A DNA stretch of 63,616 nt, filler included, from Reclinomonas americana ATCC 50394 (taxonomy: Eukaryota), in NCBI GenBank assembly GCA_048213135.1. It is 7 parts of 3 records of this genome, joined end to end, with 100 filler letters (N's around TTAATTAATTAA, not from the genome) between each part and the next. Parts side by side here need not be neighbours in the genome. Positions count along the whole stretch, not along the records: positions 7,527 to 29,493 come from PS015110.1; 6 more parts are not named here. The stretch is one strand, 5' to 3'. Shown piece by piece: positions 12,913 through 24,991 of this stretch. The notes under the pieces were generated by a model. That model saw nothing but the letters and a program-made list of their open reading frames with translations, ran no database searches and was not told the DNA's origin. The translations under genes and the position numbers were made by a program. Every line of letters begins with the position of its first letter. Position 1 is the stretch's first letter.

Positions 12913-14464
12913 AGAGAGAGAGTAGANNNNNNNNNNNNNNNNNNNNNNNNNNNNNNNNNNNNNNNNNNNNNNNNNNNNNNNNNNNNNNNNNNNNNNNNNN
13001 NNNNNNNNNNNNNNNNNNNNNNNNNNNNNNNNNNNNNNNNNNNNNNNNNNNNNNNNNNNNNNNNNNNNNNNNNNNNNNNNNNNNNNNNNNNNNNNNNNNN
13101 NNNNNNNNNNNNNNNNNNNNNNNNNNNNNNNNNNNNNNNNNNNNNNNNNNNNNNNNNNNNNNNNNNNNNNNNNNNNNNNNNNNNNNNNNNNNNNNNNNNN
13201 NNNNNNNNNNNNNNNNNNNNNNNNNNNNNNNNNNNAGAGAGAGAGGGAGAGAGAGTAGGATTAAAAAAGGTACAAGAAGGTCAAATGAATGAGGTATTGA
13301 CAAGCGATGTACGATGATCAGCATCGACAAAAGAAGAATAGAAAGAGCTATACAGATTTGTAAAGCAAGGCAACCCCTCCACCACGCCCTCTTTCTTCCC
13401 ATACTACCCCCACGCAACATCCGCCACATAGATCATGCCGATCACCTGATCCACTGCTATGCCGACTGGACCAGAGAAGTATGCTGCTGTGCCGACACCA
13501 TTGGAGGACCCGGAGGCACCAGCGTGACCCGCAAATGTGGTAACCGCCAGCGTGACAATGTCGATGGTGCGAATGACGTGATTGCCGCAGTCGACCACAT
13601 ACACAAGGCCGCGTTTGGAGTCCACAGCCAGCCCGTCGGGTAACGAAAACCTGGCCGCCGGACCCACGTCGTCTGTCGAACCAGATTGACCAGCGGCACC
13701 GGCCACGGTCGTCACAACCCCTGCCAGCGACACACGCCGGATAATATTAGCCTGCGTATCAGCGACGAAGAGTGCCTCCAGGCCGAGGGTGTTGCAGAAG
13801 CCGATGCCCCGCGGATCATTAAACGAGGCCCCAGCTCCTGTACCATCGACGCTGCCAGGAGTGGTCACGCCCGCGACTGTGGAAACGGTGGAAAGGTCGG
13901 CCGACAGCGAGCGAATGGAGTTGTTCAGACGCTACGCATGCAAGTCCCACGGTGTGAGACTCGTGCTTTGCGGCGCGCAGGCAGCGGACAGCAAGAGTAC
14001 GCAACATCGGTAATGTATATAATGCCCGTGGCATAATCAATCGCCATCCCGTACGGTCTGCAGACGTCGAGGGTGAATGGAAGATATTGGTGGGTGCAGA
14101 CGCAGACAACAAGGAGACGGGACTTGGAAAAACGCGCAGTCGCCAAGGCCGCTCCATCGGCAGTGCCAAACGTACCAGCCACACCAGCGACTGTGCTGAC
14201 GACGCCTGCAGCGGTGATTTTGCGGATGGTGTTGTTGCTGCGCAGGAGGGTGAGGGGAAGGAGAAGGAGAGGGGGAAGAGAGGGGAGACGAGAGAGGGGG
14301 AAGCGAGAGCGAGGGGAGAGCGAGAGCGAGGGGAGAGCGAGAGCGAGGGGAGAGCGAGAGCGAGGGAGAGCGAGAGCGAGGGGAGAGCGAGAGCGAGGGG
14401 AGAGCGAGAGCGAGGGGAGAGGGAAGACCGAGAGGGGAGACCGAGAGGGGAGACGAGAGAGAAA

Positions 14465-14514
<50 letters not shown>

Positions 14515-15610
14515 GTACGTNNNNNNNNNNNNNNNNNNNNNNNNNNNNNNNNNNNNNNNNNNNNNNNNNNNNNNNNNNNNNNNNNNNNNNNNNNNNNNNN
14601 NNNNNNNNNNNNNNNNNNNNNNNNNNNNNNNNNNNNNNNNNNNNNNNNNNNNNNNNNNNNNNNNNNNNNNNNNNNNNNNNNNNNNNNNNNNNNNNNNNNN
14701 NNNNNNNNNNNNNNNNNNNNNNNNNNNNNNNNNNNNNNNNNNNNNNNNNNNNNNNNNNNNNNNNNNNNNNNNNNNNNNNNNNNNNNNNNNNNNNNNNNNN
14801 NNNNNNNNNNNNNNNNNNNNNNNNNNNNNNNNNNNNNNNNNNNNNNNNNNNNNNNNNNNNNNNNNNNNNNNNNNNNNNNNNNNNNNNNNNNNNNNNNNNN
14901 NNNNNNNNNNNNNNNNNNNNNNNNNNNNNNNNNNNNNNNNNNNNNNNNNNNNNNNNNNNNNNNNNNNNNNNNNNNNNNNNNNNNNNNNNNNGAGAGAGAG
15001 AGAGAGTCTCCAAAGAGATGCAACACGCACGCAACTCTTGGTCGGCCAGGATGATGTCCCCAGCGGCGGTGACCACCGCGCACTGCACGCACACACGCAC
15101 ACACGGCAAGGACATGAGGACGCATCAACTCTTCGCCTCCTCTCTTCTCCCCCTCACACCAACGCACTTGCGGGTGGGAGAACGCAGCCGCCGATCCAGT
15201 TCCATCAGCCGAGCCCGCACTCAACGAGGTCAAGCCGGCCACCGTCGACACATTGACAGTGGCGCCCAGTTGCGCAGCCGAGGTGGCAATCTCAAACGTG
15301 TTATCGACCGTACCCGCTCCGTTGGCATTGACGGTGCCGGAGAGCACGGCGCTCGTTGACGTCACCGAACCGTACTGGTCGCCAGACACAATCGGCACAT
15401 CTGCAAAAAGGGAAAGGTAAAGGAAATGGAGGATGATAATGAGTTGCTCTTGCGGTGCTGCTTGCGCGCAACTGAGAGTGGTGAATTGGCTGCGGCGGCG
15501 AGTCGACACTTGCGCTGTGCCAACAGAGAGAAAGAGAGCGAGCGGACAGAGGTGAGCGAATGTGACACACGCTCGGGCATTTGTGGTGCAAATTGCAAGA
15601 GAAGGAGAGC

Positions 15611-15659
<49 letters not shown>

Positions 15660-16056
15660 GACGAAGAGACGAGGAGGTAGAGAGAGAAGANNNNNNNNNN
15701 NNNNNNNNNNGAGAGGGAGGGAGGGAGCGAGGGAGGGAGCGAGAGCATGTGTCTTACAGTGCGCTATTGTGTGAGTGCAAGAGAGAGTGTGTGTGTGAGA
15801 GAGAGAGAGAGAGTGTGTGTGTGTGTGTGTGTGCGAGAGAGAGTAAGAGTGAGCATGATTGAAACAGCAGCTGCGCAAGTGGCGGACACACAATGTCTCG
15901 CAAACGAAGACACAGACAGTGAGAGAGAGAGAGAGAGAGAGAGTTCACACCTCCGTCTGCGCCACGCGCGGTGAGATGCACACATAGCAATAGTGCACAG
16001 AGCACTGCTGCTAATAATGTGCACACCGCAGCGGGTGCGGGCGCGCGCAAAAACAT
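7591..16056 (-). CDS. Large secreted or surface protein with repeated FN3-like and NHL beta-propeller modules (many exons, 3'-truncated)
   Basis: Signal peptide MFLRAPAPAAVCTLLAAVLCALLLCVHLTARGA. Many NHL repeats, e.g. VTTVAGTLGMAGLIDGIGSAARFNFPTDVALDGRGALYVADASNFAVRKI. FN3-like segments APTVT...SATLxGxVNPN and LxPxxTYFFR. Confidence 0.88.
14280..14510. repeat. Intronic GAGCGAGGGGA-type minisatellite plus (GA)n
   Basis: Reiterated GAGCGAGAGCGAGGGGA units running into (GA)n next to the gap. Confidence 0.8.
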
Positions 16057-16992
16057 GCGCAGAGGGGGAAATGTGAATGTGTGAAGGCGAGCACAATCTT
16101 ATTGTCTCGGAGTTTTCGGACTACAAGTCGGTTCTTTCACACAGGTGAGACAGTGCAGATTGTTCAAGTACGCACTCGCTGAGCAGAGCGTGCGCGCTTG
16201 CGCACCGACGTCGATATCAGCAAAACATAAAAATCATAAGGTGCGCAACCATGGCCACCACAGGCACCTGCATGCATACATGCGTTTCGTTATCAGTAGA
16301 CCGAGTATTCGGCATTGCGTGCGAGCGTGCAGGTTTGCGCGCCGTTATGGTTTCTTGATTTGTACGACTTGATATTGGACGTCGTAGACAGCACTCCACG
16401 ACCCCTGCTTGGCCTTGACAGCCGGCAAAGATGGAAGAGAGGAGAGTAGCGAGCACAAAGTCGAGGACGCTCTCACGATTGTGTCCTCGCCTTATCGGTT
16501 TTGCTTCTGGTGGCTTCCTCTCTTCGGAGGTCGCTACTCGTGTGGCGATCTTGGGTCGGGTCTCTTTGAAAACGTAGACGAGGAGTAGAATTGGCACTGT
16601 AGTTCGTGTTGCCAGGGTCACTGTCAGCACGTACAACAATTTGTGATGATGCAGAAGATCGCACTTCTCGAGTTGTTCGAAGCTCCGATCACGAGCGCGA
16701 ACGCACATAAAAGAATTAAACCTGCGGCAGCCCTAAAGACTCGTGTCTATATTGATGCTTTGGATATGGTTGGATTTGGTCATCAGAACAGCGGCTGTCT
16801 GTTTGTTGGCATGACGGAAAAAGTTCGTCCGCTTCATTCGTTCTTTTCAAGGCATCGACAAGAACACAAAGAGAGAAACGCATTGCAAGTACCACAATCA
16901 AGCAGCAGCCGGCCAGCGCAGAGTTACAGCCAGCACCAACAGAGAGGACAGCAGGACACACATTGCATTGCATTGATTTTCAATCAAAAAGA

Positions 16993-17275
16993 ATGACCTC
17001 GCGCGTGGACGACCTCCGCACCCCGTGCCTCGTCATGCGTCGCCGAGTGGCTCAACTAAACGCCGAGCGAATGCTGCGCGTGGCGCGCGAGCACGGGTGT
17101 CGTGTGCGTCCGCATGTGAAGACGCACAAGACGTGGAAGGGCGCGTTGTTGCAGTTGGGAGGCGAAGGAGAAGGTGAAGGAGAGGGAGAAGGAGCGATTG
17201 TGGTGTCGACGTTGGCCGAGGCGCAGTTCTTTGCGCAGAGAGGAATGCGCGATATTTTGTATGCAGGTGAGTGGC

Positions 17276-17326
<51 letters not shown>

Positions 17327-20033
17327 NNNNNNNNNNNNNNNNNNNNNNNNNNNNNNNNNNNNNNNNNNNNNNNNNNNNNNNNNNNNNNNNNNNNNNNNNN
17401 NNNAGAGAGAGTGAGAGAGAGAGAGAGTGAGAAACACACACAAAGAGATATGAGCAGAATGCCGCTGTCGAGATTACATCCTCAATTGCATCCCTCTGTC
17501 TTTCTCTTGGCCTCATGCTTTTTCTCTCTCTCTCTCTCCTGTCTTCTGAATGTACACTTTCCTGCCATTTCCCGGTCTTCTTTGTCTCCTGCTTCTCTTC
17601 ATTGTATTCCTGACTGTATCCTGCTGCAGCCTTTCTCCTTGCCTCACTCTCTCTCTCTCTCTCCTCTCTCCTCTCTCCTTCCTTTCTTCCGATTGCACTC
17701 GTTCCTGGTAATGCATATGCGTGCATTCTTCTCTGTCTCGTCTTATTGCATGTAGGGTTAGCTCCTTTCATCGTGACTTCTTCTCTTCTCCTCCGCCTTG
17801 AGGCTGTCTCTCATCTTCTTTATGTTCAGCCTCTCTCCTTCTCTGGTTCGCTCCTATCATCATGTCTTCTTCTCTTCTCCTCCGCCTTGGGGCTGTCTCT
17901 CTCGTCTTCTTTATGTTCAGCCTCTCTCCTTCTCTGGTTCGCTCCTATCATCGTGACTTCTTCTCTTCTCCTCCGCCTTGAGGCTGTCTCTCGTCGTCTT
18001 TGTGTTCAGCCTCTCTCCTTCCCTGTCCCTCATACAGATGGCGTTCCGCGCTCTCTCCTTCCCTTCTCCTTCCATTAGCTCGCACTTGGGTTGACTGCAG
18101 TCTGTCTCTCTCGTACCTTCTTCTCTTCTTCCCGTTGTGCTGCTTGCTCTCTCGCTCTTGTTGCTGCTCTCCTTCCCTGTCCGTCACACAGACGGGGTTC
18201 CGCACTCTCGCGCACTCTTCTTTTCGTTTTCGATTGCACTCCGTGCACTCGAGTTGACTCCTGTCGGTGTGCATGTGCGGTCTCTGTCTCTCTGCTGCCT
18301 TCCTCTCTTCTTCCCGTTGTTGCCGATCTCTTCTCCTTCCCTCTTCTGCCTTTTGAATCATCAGCTTGCATTCTTTTCTGACTTGCAGTCCTCCATTCCT
18401 CTCATTCCGTGCCCCTTCACTCTCCCCTCTGACCCCCTCTTCCCATTCCTTTCCCACAGTACCCATCACCCCCGACAAGCTCCCCTCCGCCGCCGCGCTG
18501 TCTCTCTCACTTCCCGGCCACTTTCACGTCATCATCGATCACGAGGTGCAGCTGGACGCGATCGTCGCCTTTGGAGCGCCCTCCTCGTCAGTACCGTGGT
18601 CGGTGTGGATCATGGTGGACTGCGGATACGGTGAGTAGGCGCCTCCTTCTTCCCTTTCCCCTTACCTGTCACTCTTCTCACACCACGCAGGCCGCGACGG
18701 CTGCGACCCCGAGTGCCCCACCTCCCTCGAACTCGCCAAACGCGTGGCCGCCGCCGACTCCACCGTGACGGTGCTGGGCGGTCTGTACACGCACGGCGGC
18801 CACTCGTACGACGCCTCCGACGCTGCGACCGTCCGGCAGGTGGCCGCCGCCGAGCGCGACGCCGTCACCGGCTTTGCCGCCCGCCTGCGTGCCCTCGGTC
18901 TGACGGTGCCGGTGGTGTCGGTCGGCTCGACGCCCACCTGCTCGCTGCCGCCCACCGACGGACACGGTCTGAGTGGCGTCGACGAGATCCACCCGGGCAA
19001 TTACATCTACTACGACATGATGCAGGCGACGCTGGGTGCGTGTCGGATGCGCGACATTGCCGTGCGCGTGTTGACGCGAGTGGTCGGGCACTATCCGAAG
19101 CGCGGAATGTTGCTGGTGGATATGGGGTGGCGGGGGTGCACGGATCAGGTGAGGGGAAGGGAAGAGAAGGGGAAGGCAGAATCGTCTCATTTTCCTCGTC
19201 TTTAGTTGTGCCTTGCTGAGCAGGCGAAATGCATTTCGGTTGTGCAGGATATCGTTTCTTCAACTACATCACTGCACGTAGACACTCTGTGACGTGCGTC
19301 AACCTCCTCTCGTAGTCTCATTCTCTTCCTTTCCCGTCTACCACTTTTACCTGCAGTGGCTCACTCGGTGCTGCGTTTGCATTCTGCCACATTCAATGTC
19401 TCCTCGTGACTTGGTGCGAGGTTCTGCCCTCCCACACATCACACACACGCACACACAGCTTTCTGCAGAATCAAATGCCATCTCACATCGTCCATTCAAG
19501 CTTCAGTTGCACCGCTTTCACACGCATTGCCTTCCCGAGTTGAGCTCCCCTCACAACTTTTCTGTCTCTCCGCTTTCCCAATCTCCTCTCCATTTCGCGC
19601 AATGTGCCCATTCCTCCGCTGACATATAGTCGTACTTGCATTCTGTTCTTGGCTCATGACCTCCTCTTCCCCATTCTCCCCTTCCTCACCCCCCTTCCCC
19701 TCTTACCCCCTTTTCCCATCGTCGCAGGGCCGCGACCACGGCTTCGGCCAATTCCTCGACCACCCCGAACTCCGCATCACCAGCCTCAAGCAAGAGTGCG
19801 GCGAAGTGGAGGCCGCCCCCGGTCAACCCCCTCTCGACTTCTCGCTGTACCCCATCGGCAGCATTCTCCGCTTCCTGCCGTGGCACGCGTGCGCCGCCAC
19901 CGCCATGCACGACACGGTGCATGTGCTCGACATTCCGGAGGGCAAACCGGTAACGGTCGACGACGTGCTCTCGTCCGAGGCCGAGGCCGAGGAGGAGGTG
20001 GTGGAGCAGTGGGAGATTTGCCGCGGATGGTAA
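16993..20033 (+). CDS. DSD1: D-serine dehydratase / D-threonine aldolase family, fold-type III PLP enzyme. Exons 16993-17266, 18460-18630, 18691-19148, 19728-20033
   Basis: Motifs TPCL, RPHVKTHK (PLP lysine), VDCGYGRDG, LYTHGGHSY, VSVGSTPT, EIHPGNYIYYD, LKQECG, and PWHAC (His/Cys metal ligands). All GT-AG joins keep frame; ends EICRGW then TAA. Confidence 0.9.
17761..18060. repeat. Intronic tandem repeat, about 90-bp unit, three copies
   Basis: CTTCTCTTCTCCTCCGCCTTGAGGCTGTCTCTC...GTTCAGCCTCTCTCCTT occurs three times in DSD1 intron 1. Confidence 0.85.
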
Positions 20034-20141
20034 ATGCACACGCAAGCTTCCATCTAGATTGGATCATTTTCACTTGACGATCACCAACAACAAAAAGAGA
20101 ACACACAAAACAAAAAAACGCAGACTCTCTTCTTTTTCTTC

Positions 20142-23100
20142 TCACCACATGGCCTGCGACACCTCTCTCAGTCCCAACAACTGCTCCATGCACGTGGAGT
20201 AGACCTTCATCGCACCCGCCGTGATCAGCGCCACACGTCGTCGATCCGACTCAAGCTCGCCTGTGCGACCGTGTGCCCCGGCTGTGCGCTCGGCTGTCGT
20301 GCCCAGCGCACGCGAGTAGTGCCCGTGGAAGCGCGAGTACACCAACGCAAACTCGTTGACGTACTCACACAAGTGCTGTGTGTTCATCTCCAGCAGCGTG
20401 CGCTCCAGCGCATCGCTGAAGCCCGCCACCATGGCGGACACGGCACGATCGAGCGGCGGCAACTCCGCACACGTGCCCAGCAGCCATTCGCGCGCCACAT
20501 TCGCCTCCTCCTCCACGCTGGCGAACTGGCGAGAGGCCAAGTCGGCCGGCACGGTACGGTAGATGCCCGTCGGGTCGAGGAATTGGAGGGTGGTTTGCAT
20601 GCGCCACCACACAAACATGAGGTTGCCGTAACTAAGAGGGAATGAGAGGGCAAGGTGAGTTGACAGGAGGAAATAAGAGAGGGCGTGGAGCTGCAAACCT
20701 CTTGGGTTTGGTGCCGTAATCCAGTCCATCCGCACCTGTAAACTGGTAGCTGCGCGTGCGATCGCGTGACAGCTCGGCGAAGCGAATCATGTTGACGGCA
20801 ATGAGCTGCGTCTCGCGATGCAGCTGCTCCTCGCTGAGCGTGCCGGCATCCATCTCTGTGTATGGGGGGAGGATGAGCAGGAGGAGGAGGAGGAGGAGGA
20901 GGAGGAGGAGCACCGCGACGAGAGGAGGAGGAAGAGGAGGAGCACAGCGACGAGCGGAGGAGGGGGAGCATAGCGACGAGCGGAGGAGAAAGAGCACAGC
21001 CACCAGCGGTGGAGGAAGAGGAGCACAGCGACGAGCGGAGGAGGAGGAGCACAGCGACGAGCGCAGGAGGAGGAGCACAGCGACGAGCGCAGGAGGAGGA
21101 GCACAGCGACGAGAGGAGGAGGAGCACAGCGACGAGAGGAGGAGGAGCACAGCGACGAGAGGAGGAGGAGCACAGCGACGAGAGGAGGAGGAGCACAGCG
21201 ACGAGAGGANNNNNNNNNNNNNNNNNNNNGGAGGAGCACAGCGACGAGCGGATGAGGAGGAATGAGGAGGAGAACAACATGCCAATCGTCCCCAACTTGT
21301 CTTTAGAACGCAACTCGGCTTCACGTGCTCACTCGACGACGCAAACACGCGCTCCCACACCTGAGTGATGTAGTCACTCAGTGCCACCGTGTTTCCGTGA
21401 CGCGTCGACATCATTGAGCCAGATGACTGCGCATGCACTGATTAGCGATCGTGTCAGCCAATGAATTGAAGGGAAAACACGCAACATCCAGCACGGAGCC
21501 GAAAGAGACGTGCTCCAGCAACGTGTTGCGCTTTGCCCATCCTGCTTGTCGCGAGGCGGCAAACACCATGCGGAACTGGTCGGCGTGCAGCTCGTCGACA
21601 AAGTAAATGACACGAGTGGCTCGCAGTTCCTGACGATGTACGAGTGTGCGTGTGTGAGCACACAGGTTCTGTGTATAACATGCGACAAGCATCCAGTCTC
21701 ACCGTCAAACGATAGTGCAGCGCTACCAGTTCTGTGGTGTCGTACGTGTATCCACCGTCGGCGTGTACCATCAACAGCGGGCCGCCAATGGCGTTGGTGT
21801 ACACGCGAGTGGAGCCGTCGATTTCCTGAGGGGGGGCCAGGTGGTGAGCGTCGCGGATGATTGCACAGAGTGGGAGGGAGAGAGAAAGGGAGGGAGGGAG
21901 GAAGAGCGAGAGCGAGAAAGAGCGACAGGGCGAGAAAGCGAGAGCGAGAAAGCGCGAGAGCGAGAATGCGAGAGCGAGAAAGCGAGAGCGAGAAAGCGAG
22001 AGCGAGAAAGCGAGAGCGAGAAAGCGAGAGCGAGAAAGCGAGAGCGAGAATGCGAGAGAGCGAAAAAGAGCGAGCGCGACAGAGCGAGAAAGACCGAGAG
22101 CGAGAGAGCGAGAAAGACCGAAAGCGACAGCGAGAAAGCAAGAGCGAGAAAGCGAGAAAGACTGAGAGCGAGAGTCTCCATAATACAGCAACCAACATCG
22201 AGACTGCGACAAAGAAGCACATGACAACAAGCCGTCAACCTGCATTCTTCCGTCTCTGACCGATCCCTCTCCCACCCTGCCCTTTTTCCCACCTTCCCTT
22301 TCTCCCTCCCTCCCCTTTTTCCCACCCTTNNNNNNNNNNNNNNNNNNNNNNNNNNNNNNNNNNNNNNNNNNNNNNNNNNNNNNNNNNNNNNNNNNNNNNN
22401 NNNNNNNNNNNNNNNNNNNNNNNNNNNNNNNNNNNNNNNNNNNNNNNNNNNNNNNNNNNNNNNNNNNNNNNNNNNNNNNNNNNNNNNNNNNNNNNNNNNN
22501 NNNNNNNNNNNNNNNNNNNNNNNNNNNNNNNNNNNNNNNNNNNNNNNNNNNNNNNNNNNNNNNNNNNNNNNNNNNNNNNNNNNNNNNNNNNNNNNNNNNN
22601 NNNNNNNNNNNNNNNNNNNNNNNNNNNNNNNNNNNNNNNNNNNNNNNNNNNNNNNNNNNNNNNNNNNNNNNNNNNNNNNNNNNNNNNNNNNNNNNNNNNN
22701 NNNNNNNNNNNNCCCCCCCCTCTCTCTCCCCACCACTCACCTTGACCAACATCCCCGCCCTCTCCAACGCCTCGCACACCGGCTGAATAAACGACTCGTA
22801 CGTGCTCTCAGCCATCTCCTCCAGCGACGTCACATTCAGCAACGCGTGCATCTCCGCCAGGTGCTCGCGCGTGACTCGTCGCATCTCCTCCCACACCATG
22901 ACACGCGACGGCTCCTTCTTTTGCAGCCGCAGCAGTTCGCGACGCACCATGGGCGAGAACGACTTGTCGGTGGTCTCTAGCCGACCGGCCTCACGCGCCA
23001 TCAGTGTGAGCTCGCGCAGTGTGAAGCTCTCGGCCTGCGGATCGCCCTGTCCGCCGGACTCGCGCTGTTTCCGTCGGTGGCGAATCACACCCAGCACGCT

Positions 23101-24298
23101 CCCGAAGTTGACGCCCCAGTCGCCGAGGTGGTTGATTCGGCGGACCTCGTGGCCGCACCAGTCAAGGATGCGCGCCATGCAGTCGCTGGAATAGGGGAAG
23201 GGGAAGGGAGAAGGAAAGGGAGAAGGAGGGGGGCAAGGGGGTGAGAGAGGAGGGAGGAAACAGGGAGAATGAGGGAGATGGAGGGAAACGGAGGGAGAAG
23301 GAGGGATATGGAGGGAGATGGAGGGAGAGGGAGGGAGAAAGAGGGAGGAAGGGAGGAGAAGAAGATGTGAGAGAATAGCGAAGGAAACAGAGCGAGAGAA
23401 GAGGCAAGGGAGGGGGTCGTGAGTAAGGAGTAAAAATGGGAGAGGAGAATGAGCTGCAAGAGGGAAGCGGATAACATGAGAATGAACAAACAGAGGAGTG
23501 AAGCGAGGAAGCAAAGCAATCATCATCATTTCTCTACACACACACACACACACACACCTCTCTCTGCAGTCTCTCTCTCTCTCTGTGTGTGTAAGTTTCC
23601 CTCTGCACCCTCTCCATATTTCTTCCTCTGCTCTCTCTTTCTGCTCTCTCTTTCTGCTCTCTCTCTTTCACTCTATCTTTCTCTCTTTCTCTCTGCACTC
23701 TCTCTTTCTCTCTCTCTCTCGCACTCACCCAATAATCGTCGACCGCAGCTGCCCGACGTGCAGCTCCTTCGCAATGTTGGGCGACGAAAAATCGGCCACG
23801 ACACGATCGCGCGGTCGATACACGCCACAACATGGCTCCGTGTGCAAGTGCTGGTAGCAGTACGGCGCCGACGACGCAAACTGCGCGCCTTCGTCGCGCG
23901 TAAACTGCGGTGCCTCGCCCACCGCCACGTCGTGCACGTCGAGTAGCCTCGGCGGCAGCGGTCGGCCGTGACGCAGCACGTGGAAGAGCGGTAGAATCAC
24001 GGCGGCGTCGGTGAGGACGATTTCGATTTCGGTGCTGTTGCGTGCCATGTGCGCCTCCTTGACCAGCCAGTTTGGTCTGAGGTTGGCCAGCAGGCGCTGC
24101 AGGGGGGAAGGGGAAGGTGAGGGGGAAAGGGGGAATGTGAGGGGAAGGGTGTGGGAGGAGGGAGGGAAGGGGGACTAGGGAAAGGGAAGAGATAGAGCGG
24201 AAAGCGAGAAGTGAGAAGGAGACGAGCAGCGAGAGAGAGAGAGAGAGAACAACGAGCAGCGAGANNNNNNNNNNNNNNNNNNNNTTCCTCCTCTCTCT

Positions 24299-24380
<82 letters not shown>

Positions 24381-24991
24381 GCACACGCACACGCACACGC
24401 ACACTCCACTCTCTCTGTCGTGCATGCAAGACAACACAACATGCGAATCATATGTACACAACACCACTCACTCGGTCTCTCCCTCTCTCTCTCATTACAC
24501 ACACTCTCCACTCTCAACCCCACCAAGCACCACCACCTCCTCCTCCTCCCGCGCACAAGTCACACGCACATGCCCATGTCACACACACTCACACTCTCTC
24601 TTCTCTCACCTGGCTCTCCCATGGCGGGTCTCACAAGAAACAAGCGCCGCGCATGCTGCTGATGCCCATGCCCTTGATGATGATGATGATGCACGTGCGT
24701 CACCACATGCGTGTGCTTGTACGCTCCATGCGAGTGCTCCAGCGCACCTCCCGCGCCAACAACATCATCGCCCACGGAGGAAGACGAGCCACTGCCTTCA
24801 TCACTCGCATGATCATCGCCACTTGAGTGATGATGGTGATGAGCGGAGGAGGAGCGCACGGAGTCTGTCAGCGCCACGTGCAGCACTTGCGCGTGAGAGT
24901 GTGGAAAGGTCGAGCGGATGCCGCCGGCGATGAACTCGTGCAGCGCGTGCGTGTAGTCGACGGCTGCTGCAGCCGTGGGTGGCGCGCTCAT
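20142..24991 (-). CDS. Diverged arginyl-tRNA synthetase-like protein (class Ia core plus DALR domain, spliced)
   Basis: [70 protein letters not shown], and a DALR-like C-terminus ([10 protein letters not shown]...[13 protein letters not shown], then TGA). Family is clear; orthology to canonical RARS is doubtful. Confidence 0.85.
20875..21250. repeat. Intronic minisatellite, about 21-23-bp unit GAGGAGGAGCACAGCGACGAG
   Basis: More than ten direct copies in an intron of the ArgRS-like gene. Confidence 0.9.
21903..22172. repeat. Intronic 12-bp minisatellite GAGCGAGAAAGC
   Basis: Reiterated GAGCGAGAAAGC units. Confidence 0.85.

Noticed and set aside
7591-16056. NHL and tail-fibre genes as bacterial contamination
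   Set aside because: Both contain many spliceosomal introns with the same donor usage and microsatellites as the core eukaryotic genes, and the NHL gene shares a scaffold segment with DSD1 without a linker between them.
16217-16996. ORFs in the divergent region between the NHL gene and DSD1
   Set aside because: They have no recognisable motifs or coding-like composition; treated as intergenic or UTR.
20875-21250. Regular short repeats as a possible CRISPR-like array (also 62068-62472)
   Set aside because: There are no unique spacers and no cas genes; these are intronic minisatellites in a eukaryote.
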